32,000 nt of DNA from an uncultured Lentisphaeria bacterium. GTDB lineage: Bacteria > Verrucomicrobiota > Lentisphaeria > JABSQK01 > JAJFLO01. A program made the position numbers and the translations under genes. The notes under the pieces were generated by a model. That model searched no databases, was not told where the DNA came from, and worked only from the letters and a program-made list of their open reading frames with translations. The stretch's first letter is position 1, and the number at the start of each line of letters is the position of its first letter. The stretch is from NCBI GenBank assembly GCA_951812855.1, contig OX638337.1, positions 1,770,001 to 1,802,000 of the forward strand. The letters are read 5' to 3'. Of this stretch, positions 16,441 through 25,555 are shown piece after piece.

Positions 16441-16462
16441 TACCTGGACAATTGTTCAGGTA
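16441..16462. promoter_or_regulatory. A 22-bp near-perfect palindrome TACCTGGACAATTGTTCAGGTA in the divergent kinase/lepA intergenic region
   Basis: The two arms are complementary at 10 of 11 positions; the exception is a G/T at 16447/16456. The site lies 218 bp upstream of the kinase ATG (minus strand) and 167 bp upstream of the lepA ATG. The central 2-nt spacer makes an RNA hairpin unlikely, so a dimeric protein binding site is more plausible. Confidence 0.3.
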
Positions 16463-16628
16463 TTGAGCAGATTTTTGAAAACCATTAATGAAATACACTT
16501 AACAAATTTCCAGTTAAAACTAATTGCGGAGACGTGATGACACAGTAGATTACAATTCTTTTCAATCATTCAGCCGCACCTTAATTTACGAACATAATTA
16601 TCCGGCAAATACCAGCGTTGTCACACGA

Positions 16629-18428
16629 ATGAACAGTCATATTAGAAATTTTTCAATCATTGCTCATATCGATCATGGTAAGTCCACATTAGCCGATCGA
16701 TTTCTACAATTTACAAAGAGTATTGATGAGCGTAAATTTCAGGATCAGCTTCTTGATGATATGGATCTGGAACGAGAGCGGGGAATAACAATTAAATCGC
16801 ATCCGGTAGTCATTTCATATACAGCAAAATCAGGAGAAACATACTCACTGAATTTCATTGATACTCCCGGTCATGTAGATTTCAGCTATGAAGTCAGTCG
16901 AAGCCTTGCAGCCTGTGAAGGTGCCCTGTTACTAATTGATGCATCCCAGGGAGTTCAGGCACAAACTGTTGCAAACGTAAATTTGGCCGTCAAAGGCAGT
17001 CTCACTGTCATTCCCGTTATTAATAAGATTGATTTACCTGCAGCGGATATTGATTTATGTACTGAACAGTTAGAAGAAATTTTGGCCATCCCTGCCGAAG
17101 AAGCTATTTTAGCCAGTGCCAAAGACGGTACGGGTGTTGAAGAAATATTCGAAGCAATTATTAAGCGAATTTCACCGCCGGAGGTTAAGAATGATGATTC
17201 GATAAAAGCCTTAATATTTGATTCTGTTTATGACACCTACAAGGGCGTCATAAATTATGTCCGGATCGTTTCCGGACTTATTCGCCGCAATACCATGATC
17301 CGCTATTTCAGCACAGAGATTGTTTCTGAAGTTAAAGAAGTCGGAATTTTTTCGCCACAAATGACTCCAGTAGACGAATTAAGTGAAGGAATGGTAGGGT
17401 ATGTCATTGCAAATATCAAATCTCCTGACGATTCCAAAATAGGTGATACGATTACCAACCAGAAAAATCCATGCACAGAACCGCTTCCCGGCTTCAAGGA
17501 AATCCAGCCGATGGTATTCAGCGGGATTTATCCCATTGATACCGCAGATTATGAAATGCTCAAGCAGAGTATGGCCAAGTTACGATTAAATGACTCTGCA
17601 TTTATTTTCCAACCCGAAACCTCTGCGGCATTGGGATTCGGCTGTCGCTGCGGATTTCTCGGACTGTTACACATGGAAATCATCCAGGAACGTCTCCGCC
17701 GTGAATATAATATGGATATTATTGCAACGTATCCAAGTGTTATCTACCATGTCTATATGAAAGACGGCAGCAAGTTAGAAATCGACAATCCGCTTCACTG
17801 GCCGGACCCAACACTTACCGACCGAATAGAAGAACCCATGGTTAACGCCAGCATTATTTCTCCAACAGACTATATTGGTCCTGTAATGAACCTTATAATG
17901 GAGAAACGAGGATTAAGTTCCGAAACGAATACAGTTGATCAACATCATGTTTTAATGACTGCCGAGCTGCCGCTTCATGAAATCGTTATTGATTTTCATG
18001 ATAAATTAAAAACAATTACCCGAGGTTACGGAAGTATGGATTACGAACCGGGCGATTATCGTGCTGCCAATTTGGTAAAAATGGAAATCAGAGTTAACAA
18101 TGAGCCGGTAGATGCGTTTACGACTATCGTTCATCGGGAACATGCCCACAGCCGTGGGAAATTACTTGCACAAAAGCTTAAAGACATTTTACCCGGTCAC
18201 CTGTTTCAGGTTGCTGTCCAGGCGGTGGTCGGCGGCTCTGTTGTGGCCAGAGAAACTGTCAGGGCTCTTAGAAAAGATGTAACCGCAAAATGCTACGGCG
18301 GAGATATAACGAGAAAGCGGAAATTGCTGGAAAAGCAGAAAGAGGGAAAAAAGAAAATGAAGCAAATTGGTAAAGTCAGTATTCCGCAAGATGCGTTTGT
18401 TAAAGTCCTAAAGACAAATCAGAATTGA
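16629..18428 (+). CDS. lepA: Translation elongation factor 4 (LepA)
   Basis: The ORF shows IRNFSIIAHIDHGKSTLADR (G1), DTPGHVDF (G3), NKIDL (G4) and the conserved LepA C-terminal domain (...AKCYGGDITRKRKLLEKQKEGKK). The track ORF starts at 16524. I use ATG 16629 (MNSHIRNFSII...) because the upstream 35 aa are not LepA-like. Confidence 0.93.
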   Translation: MNSHIRNFSIIAHIDHGKSTLADRFLQFTKSIDERKFQDQLLDDMDLERERGITIKSHPVVISYTAKSGETYSLNFIDTPGHVDFSYEVSRSLAACEGALLLIDASQGVQAQTVANVNLAVKGSLTVIPVINKIDLPAADIDLCTEQLEEILAIPAEEAILASAKDGTGVEEIFEAIIKRISPPEVKNDDSIKALIFDSVYDTYKGVINYVRIVSGLIRRNTMIRYFSTEIVSEVKEVGIFSPQMTPVDELSEGMVGYVIANIKSPDDSKIGDTITNQKNPCTEPLPGFKEIQPMVFSGIYPIDTADYEMLKQSMAKLRLNDSAFIFQPETSAALGFGCRCGFLGLLHMEIIQERLRREYNMDIIATYPSVIYHVYMKDGSKLEIDNPLHWPDPTLTDRIEEPMVNASIISPTDYIGPVMNLIMEKRGLSSETNTVDQHHVLMTAELPLHEIVIDFHDKLKTITRGYGSMDYEPGDYRAANLVKMEIRVNNEPVDAFTTIVHREHAHSRGKLLAQKLKDILPGHLFQVAVQAVVGGSVVARETVRALRKDVTAKCYGGDITRKRKLLEKQKEGKKKMKQIGKVSIPQDAFVKVLKTNQN

Positions 18429-18429
18429 T

Positions 18430-19725
18430 ATGATACAACTCCTGGCTAAATTTATATATAATGTATTCATTTTCGTCGTTTGGCCGTGCCAATTGCTTTT
18501 CAATGAATTGTTTTTGAGCAAACGACGAAAACAAAAACGTGACCTTGGGTTATTATTATCTCAAATCAACCATCGGTTAACCTGGGATAGAGATATAATT
18601 TCGATCCAGCAAAACAGCCAATTACTAAATCTAAAAACTAAGATTGAAACCCTGTCCGGCAATAAGGATACCGATCCGAAATCCCTAAGTGATTTTATCA
18701 GCAATACAACCGAAGAATTACAGAAACTGCTGCCTCAGACTAAATCACACATTAAAGATTGGCTTGAATTACTTGTGGTTGTTTTCGGGGTTGTAATGGG
18801 TGCAAGAGCACTGTTTTTGCAACCCTTTAAGATCCCGACAGGCAGTATGCAGCCAACCTTGTTTGGAATCCACTTTGACTATGATGATAAGATTGAAGAC
18901 CCGAATATTTTTAAAAAAATTTATGATTACGCCAATGAATCGTATCGATACACCAATGTCATCATTGAAGAAGACGGATATTACAAAGGAATAGAACGTA
19001 AGAACCCATTTTATTTTTTCCCCTACTGCAATGTAAAAATAGGCAATAAATCCTATAAAATTCCTGGAGAAAGAGAAAACGTCCTGAAGTATTTAGGAAT
19101 TTACAGGAAAACTCATTATGGCGAAGAAGAATTTAATTATTTCAGAAAAGGACAAGTACTGTTAAAAGGGAAACTGATTTTGGGTGATCATTTATTCGTG
19201 GATCGGGTCCGTTTTAATTTTACAGAACCTAAACGCGGCGACATTACCGTTTTCATCACCGACGGTATAACTGATACAATGGGGAAATCATTAAGGGGAC
19301 GGTATTATATTAAGCGATTGGCGGGATTGCCGGGAGATACACTTCGAATATCTGATCGGAAGTTATATGTAAAAGAAAAGAATGATCACAGATTCAAACT
19401 GGTCGATGGATCAATTCATCCTTCATTTGAAAGGCTTTACAGCTTTAAAGGTGGGTACCGGGGTTATAGTCATTCGGGATTCAGCCGATTTTTGAGAAAT
19501 AACACAGACACCTGTAAATTGGAAGATGATGAATATTTTATGTTAGGAGATAATAGTGAAAACAGTCAAGACAGCCGTTATTGGGGGATAGTACCCCGCA
19601 AAAATATCGTTGGCAGAGCGAATATTGTTTATTGGCCATTTTCCCGGCGATGGGGGTTCACGGATAAAGCAGAACCTGAAGAATTTGATTCGCCCCCTTC
19701 CCGGCATAATCAAGTTATAAATTAA
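18430..19725 (+). CDS. lepB: Signal peptidase I (S26 family), an unusually long form
   Basis: The ORF shows the catalytic Ser motif TGSMQPTL, GDHLFVDRV, the catalytic Lys box YIKRLAGLPGDTL and MLGDNSENSQDSRYWG. The gene starts 2 nt after the lepA stop, preserving the conserved lepA-lepB arrangement. It has a ~120-aa N-terminal extension and a ~100-aa insertion compared with minimal LepB proteins. Confidence 0.9.
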   Translation: MIQLLAKFIYNVFIFVVWPCQLLFNELFLSKRRKQKRDLGLLLSQINHRLTWDRDIISIQQNSQLLNLKTKIETLSGNKDTDPKSLSDFISNTTEELQKLLPQTKSHIKDWLELLVVVFGVVMGARALFLQPFKIPTGSMQPTLFGIHFDYDDKIEDPNIFKKIYDYANESYRYTNVIIEEDGYYKGIERKNPFYFFPYCNVKIGNKSYKIPGERENVLKYLGIYRKTHYGEEEFNYFRKGQVLLKGKLILGDHLFVDRVRFNFTEPKRGDITVFITDGITDTMGKSLRGRYYIKRLAGLPGDTLRISDRKLYVKEKNDHRFKLVDGSIHPSFERLYSFKGGYRGYSHSGFSRFLRNNTDTCKLEDDEYFMLGDNSENSQDSRYWGIVPRKNIVGRANIVYWPFSRRWGFTDKAEPEEFDSPPSRHNQVIN

Positions 19726-19888
19726 AATCCAATATTATTCAAAATAAAAGCAAATGACAATGGTAAGAAGTAATACCAAATTTCTAATTGTCCGGCACGA
19801 TATTCTTCCTATTTATTTCAGTTTTTGCACACTTAAACCTCAATGGACCGGGACATCTCAAGCGTCCGAATGAATTCAACTGTGATTC

Positions 19889-22057
19889 ATGTCAATTGAT
19901 CAACCTGATAATCAAGTTTTTCCAACTGTCCCCGGACATATCAGGCTAATCATTATTCTGGTTTTTCTGAGTATTGGAATAGTGATCTATAAAAAGACAT
20001 TGGACGATCAATTTCACTTCGATGATCTTCATGTATTTGCGAGTTTATCCTTTGAACACATCGTCCAAAAATGTAAACATCCAAATCGCTTTTTCCCACA
20101 CCTGAGTTTTCTCTTCAATCGATATTTGCATGGATCTAATGTATATGGATACCATATTCTCAATATTCTCATTCATATCGTTAATGCCTGCCTGGTTATG
20201 TATGTCGTCTATCAATTAAATCTACTGTATCCCGGGGACAAAAATAAGGAAAAATCATTTCAACAGGGAATGTTACTATGTGTTTCAACTGTTGCCGGGT
20301 TACTTTTTTTAGTCCACCCTCTCGCAACCCAGTCAGTTTCCTATATCAGCCAACGGTATACATCGATTGCAGCATTTTTCTATTTACTCTCAATAATCTG
20401 TTATATCAATGCACGAATAATCTACAAATCTCAAGGTCTCTTTACCGCCCGATCTCATCTTATGTGGTACCTACTGTGTATTTTAACTGCAATCTGTGCA
20501 GTACTGTCAAAGGAATATGCAGTCACCCTTCCGGCAATAATCATTTTGACAGAGTGTTTTTTTATTCAACCTGATTTTCGTGAAATTAAAAAACGACTGG
20601 TCTATATCGCACCGATATTCTCTTCCTCCCTTCTCATCGTTGTTATCCATTTTAATCTCTTTCAAATACCAAATGAAAGTGGATCATTGACGCAGTCCAT
20701 TACCTCAGCAATTGATCAGCACTTACCACGATGGGCCTCTGATGAAATACCAAGACATGTGTATTTTCTAAGTCAAATACCGATTATTGTTACGGTATAT
20801 CTGAAGTTATTCTTTTATCCGTGCCGACAAAATATTGATCATGATTTTCTGATCATCGATTCGTTTTTTAATATCAATGTACTGATATCAATTTCAGTAA
20901 TAATTTTTCTTCTGTTTCTGAGTATCCTTTCCTTCAGAAAATTGCGACTCATCTCATTCGGAATTTTATGGTTTTTCATAACGATTTTCCCAACGTCGTC
21001 GATTATTCCAAATTCAGAATTTGTCTCTGAACATCGAACGTATTTGTCCATGACAGGCTTAATCTTTTTATATATTGAGTTCTTCAGACAAAGCCGTTAT
21101 AAGCGTATATTTTTAACACTCTCAATTTGCCTGATTGCTATTCTGGGATATTTGACAAATCAACGAAATGACGTTTGGGAAAATGATATTGCACTGTGGC
21201 AGGATTCGGTAAAAAAATCACCGGACAAAGCAAGACCCTGGTTTGCTTTAGGTGTCGCATTTGAAACGGCCGGGCAGTTTGAAAAAGCGAAACACTCTTA
21301 TGCAACATCAATTAAAATATTTCCGGATTATGTTCTTGCCCTCAATAATTTAGGCAATATTTATCAACACTGCGGTGATCTGAACGCCGCTGTCAAATTC
21401 TACAATAGAGCAATCGAACTTAATCCTGATTATGCAGAAGCCCATTATAATCTGGGCTTAATTTATAATAAACAAAATAAGTTGGCTCAGGCATTGGAAA
21501 AAACACAAAAAGCACTGGCATTAAAACCAGGATATGTCGATGCAATTTATAATTTGGGTTTCATCTATGAAAAATATGGCCGTTTACAGGACGCAATTGA
21601 CCACTATAAAACGGTCTTGAAATATAACAATTCTCACGAGGCAACGCATTATAATCTGGCGATCCTTGCGATTCGATCTGGAAACACAGACATTGCAACT
21701 TTTCATTTACAGCAGGTTGTTACAATAAATCCAAAGCATATCCACGCTAATATTGTGTTAGCAAATCTATATCTCGATACCGGTAACCTGTCTGCAGCAC
21801 TTAAACGGACGAATCAGGCAGCAAACATTTCATCCGGACATAATGCAGATACACATATGCAGATTGGCAGATTATTTGAGAAAACAAATTTTAACGATGC
21901 TGCGATTAACGAATATAACCTTGCCTTAAAATACAATCCGAAAAGCACAAAAATACATAACTGTTTAGGAATACTTTACAACAGGATGGGAAATGAATCG
22001 ATGGCACTGCATCATAAGAAGTTATCCAAAACGTATCATCATGACACGAAAGAGTGA
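19889..22057 (+). CDS. Polytopic GT-C-like membrane protein with C-terminal TPR repeats (TMTC/DUF1736-like putative protein glycosyltransferase)
   Basis: The ~430-aa N-terminus is multi-TM, with an FHFDD acidic motif in the first loop, as in PMT/TMTC-type GT-C enzymes. The C-terminal ~290 aa contain about 8 TPR units (repeated ...A..Y..AI...P.Y..A..NLG..Y...). Confidence 0.75.
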   Translation: MSIDQPDNQVFPTVPGHIRLIIILVFLSIGIVIYKKTLDDQFHFDDLHVFASLSFEHIVQKCKHPNRFFPHLSFLFNRYLHGSNVYGYHILNILIHIVNACLVMYVVYQLNLLYPGDKNKEKSFQQGMLLCVSTVAGLLFLVHPLATQSVSYISQRYTSIAAFFYLLSIICYINARIIYKSQGLFTARSHLMWYLLCILTAICAVLSKEYAVTLPAIIILTECFFIQPDFREIKKRLVYIAPIFSSSLLIVVIHFNLFQIPNESGSLTQSITSAIDQHLPRWASDEIPRHVYFLSQIPIIVTVYLKLFFYPCRQNIDHDFLIIDSFFNINVLISISVIIFLLFLSILSFRKLRLISFGILWFFITIFPTSSIIPNSEFVSEHRTYLSMTGLIFLYIEFFRQSRYKRIFLTLSICLIAILGYLTNQRNDVWENDIALWQDSVKKSPDKARPWFALGVAFETAGQFEKAKHSYATSIKIFPDYVLALNNLGNIYQHCGDLNAAVKFYNRAIELNPDYAEAHYNLGLIYNKQNKLAQALEKTQKALALKPGYVDAIYNLGFIYEKYGRLQDAIDHYKTVLKYNNSHEATHYNLAILAIRSGNTDIATFHLQQVVTINPKHIHANIVLANLYLDTGNLSAALKRTNQAANISSGHNADTHMQIGRLFEKTNFNDAAINEYNLALKYNPKSTKIHNCLGILYNRMGNESMALHHKKLSKTYHHDTKE

Positions 22058-22183
22058 TCTACATTTTTACTATCTGGAAACATCTTGAAAACACCCGGTT
22101 TTCTTATTACCGGATTCTAACTAATCAGCCTCATCATCTGAATCATAATCGAAGTTCTTATTCTTGTGTGCTTTGCTAAATAT

Positions 22184-23041
22184 TTATTCATTAACAGTCG
22201 ATTCAGTTTTATCTGCTGTTCCCTCTTCAACGATCGGATCAGTTTCAGAAGATTTTTCTTCAACAGCGGAATCAGCAGCCGTTAGTGGTAAGATTGCATT
22301 TTTAAATTCCGGACCTGAAACAATTTCCAGTTTGGCCAGAATAGATTGTACTTTTTTCTTCAATACATCATCGTTGGATGATGCCAGAATATCGTTTAGT
22401 AATGTAGAGGCTTCTTCAAATTTGTCCGTTAATATGTTGCATAAAACCAATTGAAATTTAGCCTGTTCCAGGAAATAAGGCAGCTTTGCAGCATTTTGCG
22501 AATCATTGATAACAGTGGTGAACTTGTTTCTTGCTTCAGCAAAATTATGTTGTGCCAGATAACAGTTTGCTTCAGCAATTTTAGCTTTTATAGAAAACGG
22601 TTGAGCATCCGGATATTTACTATAAAAATTTTTGAATCCAGAAATTGCATCAATATACTTTTTCAGGCTGAAATCAATTGATGCTTTATAAAATTCAGCG
22701 TCTATAACAGCGGATGTATCAGAATAATCGGCAATAATATTATCCAAAATCTCTCTTTTTTCTGTCGCTTTTTTCTCTAATGATGCCTGGTCAGAAGAAT
22801 CATCGAGTGATATTATCATGGCTTTCTGCAGTTCTGCATAGGCTTCGGCAATATGTAAATCCCGTTTATTTTTATTCACAATTGTCATTGTTGTAATGAT
22901 AATTCCGACAATAACAATTATAATAATCGGTAAGATTAAGGGTTTAATATTGAGTATAAAACGCTCAAGTTCCAACTCAAAATTAAATGGTTCATCCGGA
23001 GCATTTCTTGTTCCTGCTCCAACGTTATCAGGCGATGCCAT
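22184..23041 (-). CDS. Membrane-anchored TPR-like protein (YfgM/TPR_21-like), function unknown
   Basis: The 285-aa ORF has a single N-terminal TM helix (PLILPIIIIVIVGIIITTMTIV), then a helical repeat region (..AEANCYLAQHNFAEARNKF..) and an acidic tail. The product assignment is tentative. Confidence 0.65.
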   Translation of the reverse strand: MASPDNVGAGTRNAPDEPFNFELELERFILNIKPLILPIIIIVIVGIIITTMTIVNKNKRDLHIAEAYAELQKAMIISLDDSSDQASLEKKATEKREILDNIIADYSDTSAVIDAEFYKASIDFSLKKYIDAISGFKNFYSKYPDAQPFSIKAKIAEANCYLAQHNFAEARNKFTTVINDSQNAAKLPYFLEQAKFQLVLCNILTDKFEEASTLLNDILASSNDDVLKKKVQSILAKLEIVSGPEFKNAILPLTAADSAVEEKSSETDPIVEEGTADKTESTVNE

Positions 23042-23141
23042 ATAGGTTCTCCATACTGATTTAGATTTTAAGTTTTAGTCCGAATACGTAAAAGAATAGA
23101 TTCAATTTATAAAATAACAATCGCGACGACTATATATCAAC

Positions 23142-24131
23142 ATGAACTCTGACGCCACAACGATAAACCCAAAACCTAATTTACGGTTAATACAGTTTGG
23201 ACGCGGCATCGTCGGGATATTATTTCTTTTTTCTGCAGTATCAAAATTAATGTCTGTCGGGCAATTCGAAATTATAATCCTGCAACAGCATATTATTGAT
23301 AATAGATTAATTGCAGCCTATCTGGCACGTGGCGTAATAATACTTGAGTTATTTCTGGGCCTGTCGTTCTTCCAAAATCGATACCTGAAGTCCCTTATTT
23401 ATCCCGCTACATTTATCGTGATCAGTCTATTCACACTGCATCTTATCTATTTGATTACCTTCACAGAATACTCAGAGAATTGTGGATGTTTTGGTGAATT
23501 AATAAAAATGTCTCCAGCAGAATCTGTTGCAAAAAATATAACTTTGTTAATCATCGTGATTCTTTTGTGGTTAAAAGATGACTGTATAAATTCTAAAAAG
23601 GAGAAACCTCTATTATTAATTTCGTTCGCACTTTTACCAATCATCATCGTGTTACTGGCATTCCCCATAAATATTATAACAAAATCAACCGTGGAAGAAG
23701 CAACCGTTTCGGATAATTCAAACGGCAGGGGCAGAGAAAAAATATCCAAATTTTCAATTTTCAACCAGACGAAACCGGACGGCACATTAATTGAATTAAC
23801 AACGGATAACTGTTTAGCAGCGTTTTTCAGCTTAGAATGTGATCATTGTAAAGAAATTTCAGAAATCATGGGCGATTTGAGCCTGCGCATTCCAGAAATG
23901 CGGATGTACTGCATGTTCTTAGGAAAAGAAGAACAAGTCGCTGGTTTTTTTGAAGAAACGTATTCCAATTTTCCTTACCTTGTTATCAACCCATTTGAGT
24001 TTTTTAATTTCATTGGGAATGCACCACCACGAATTTATTCATTGTCAGACGGAGAAATTTTGAAATTTTGGGATCTCGATGATTTTGATATTGATGAAAT
24101 CGAAAATCACGTTAGATCAATGTCTCAATAG
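23142..24131 (+). CDS. MauE/DoxX-family membrane domain fused to a thioredoxin-fold domain with a CxxC motif
   Basis: The N-terminal four-TM region ends with the family hallmark CGCFG (ENCGCFGELIKM). After another TM helix, the C-terminal ~130 aa carry FFSLECDHCKEIS (CxxC), as in TlpA/thioredoxin-like proteins. Confidence 0.7.
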   Translation: MNSDATTINPKPNLRLIQFGRGIVGILFLFSAVSKLMSVGQFEIIILQQHIIDNRLIAAYLARGVIILELFLGLSFFQNRYLKSLIYPATFIVISLFTLHLIYLITFTEYSENCGCFGELIKMSPAESVAKNITLLIIVILLWLKDDCINSKKEKPLLLISFALLPIIIVLLAFPINIITKSTVEEATVSDNSNGRGREKISKFSIFNQTKPDGTLIELTTDNCLAAFFSLECDHCKEISEIMGDLSLRIPEMRMYCMFLGKEEQVAGFFEETYSNFPYLVINPFEFFNFIGNAPPRIYSLSDGEILKFWDLDDFDIDEIENHVRSMSQ

Positions 24132-24141
24132 AATTTAAGAA

Positions 24142-24630
24142 TTACAGATTTATAAAAATCTGACCCAAAATATGCCGGATCCATTTCCGAACAGTGTATG
24201 CAGCAGCCAATAATACGTTCATGTCATCGCCTTCGATACCTTTCAGGAAATTTCCGGATAATCTGAAATATTCTTGAGACGTCCTGTTACCAGTTCAATT
24301 ACTGCTCCTGGGCGGACGCCTCTACTTGTTTCCATGTCTGTTAATACTTCAGGCAATGTATGTGCGACGCAGTCTCACACCGTCGGCTTCCGCAATTTTC
24401 AGACAGTCTTCAGCAATCTTATGACGAAAATGAACCCGGTCTGATGGGTCACAGGGAAAATTCCACAGACACTCTGATTCACCACTGAAATACTGCCGAT
24501 AAGGATTTTGAACCCAGCCTTCAACTGCTGTCTCATCTCTATAATCACACAACGGCTTTAACAGCAACAAAGACACCATCAAACGAGTTCTCGCCGCAGG
24601 ACGACCAAAATCCGTGTAATACTTCGCCAA
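24142..24630 (-). pseudogene. IS5-family transposase remnant with the N-terminal DUF772-like part joined to the extreme C-terminus and the DDE core deleted
   Basis: ORF 24349-24630 reads ..DFGRPAARTRLMVSLLLLKPLCDYRDETAVEGWVQNPYRQYFSGE..FPCDPSDRVHFRHKI.., the InsH/IS5 N-terminal domain pattern. My translation of 24142-24345 (minus strand, two frames) gives ..RPGAVIELVTGRLKN.. and ..RLSGNFLKGIEGDDMNVLLAAAYTVRKWIRHIL.., the conserved IS5 C-terminal end. Only about 0.5 kb remains of an expected ~1.3-1.5 kb. The segment is GC-richer than its flanks. Confidence 0.6.
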
Positions 24631-24636
24631 ATAAAC

Positions 24637-25203
24637 CTAATTTAATCGAGGATCATCTGGAAAATTTACTAATAAATCGTATTCAGGCCCCATTGTAGCA
24701 AATATTTTTCGCCAATGGTTCTGACAATCATCGAAGAAAATAAGATCAGGTGTTGCCTTTCTTGAAAACCAGGAATCCCGTTTAATTTCATCTTCAAGTT
24801 GCCCTTTTCCCCAACCTGAGTAACCAACAAAAAATCGAAAATCTAAAGGGGATAAATTTGCTGTTATAAATCTTTCATTTAATGCATCAAAATCTCCTCC
24901 CCAAAAAATTCCGGGCATTATTTCTTTACTGTCGATTTTTAAATCAGGACAGCGATGTAAAAAATGAAGGGTATTTTCCTGCACTGGACCTCCTCTATAT
25001 AATTGACCCTCCCAATTATGAGTTTTATTCACAACATCAGAAACGTTTAATGGCAAAGGCTGGTTTAGTATTAAACCAAACGAGCCATCTGAATTGTGAT
25101 CACATAAAAAAATTACCGACCTGGAAAAATTTGGATCCAGCATATTCACAGTTGATATTAGTAATATTCCTGCTTCAGGTGGATTTTTTGGTATTTTTAT
25201 CAT
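24637..25203 (-). CDS. yqgE: YqgE/AlgH-family protein (UPF0301)
   Basis: The 188-aa ORF shows GILLISTVNMLDPNFSRSVIFLCDHNSDGSFGLILNQP, YRGGPVQ and GYSGWGKGQLEDEI..DSW, the characteristic YqgE/AlgH signature. Confidence 0.85.
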   Translation of the reverse strand: MIKIPKNPPEAGILLISTVNMLDPNFSRSVIFLCDHNSDGSFGLILNQPLPLNVSDVVNKTHNWEGQLYRGGPVQENTLHFLHRCPDLKIDSKEIMPGIFWGGDFDALNERFITANLSPLDFRFFVGYSGWGKGQLEDEIKRDSWFSRKATPDLIFFDDCQNHWRKIFATMGPEYDLLVNFPDDPRLN

Positions 25204-25555
25204 ATTTAAACGTATTCAATATTTGATTTGTTCCACGTTCAAAGGCTGAATCAACAGACAGCCAATTTACGTTTCGTGCAGGGTTTTGTTAACACCGTAA
25301 TTCCCAAGACTGAATAAGGGTTGGATATCTGCCTGAGTATTGTGATATTTAACTCATGAGTAAGATTAAATTTATTCGGTAACGTCAGAGAAAAATTCAG
25401 TTCCGTGCATACCATATTATATTTCTATCATAATTTAAATACAACGATCAGCCATCAAATCATTTTAACTAATCTATCTTATTTTGTTTAATGTTTAACG
25501 TCATAGCCAAATTAGTTATACAATTCTATCAGTCTCAGGTGACATCATTTCTTAT

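Noticed and set aside
16524-16628. An N-terminal 35-aa extension of LepA starts at 16524.
   Set aside because: The extension (MRRRDDTVDYNSFQSF...) is not LepA-like. The conserved LepA N-terminus begins at the ATG at 16629, just before IRNFSIIAHIDHGKST.
24145-24162. A perfect hairpin CAGATTT-ATAA-AAATCTG follows the MauE-thioredoxin gene and could be an intrinsic terminator.
   Set aside because: The stem is AT-only and has no following T tract. It also falls within the C-terminal coding remnant of the IS5 transposase (..QIFINL*), so it may be incidental.
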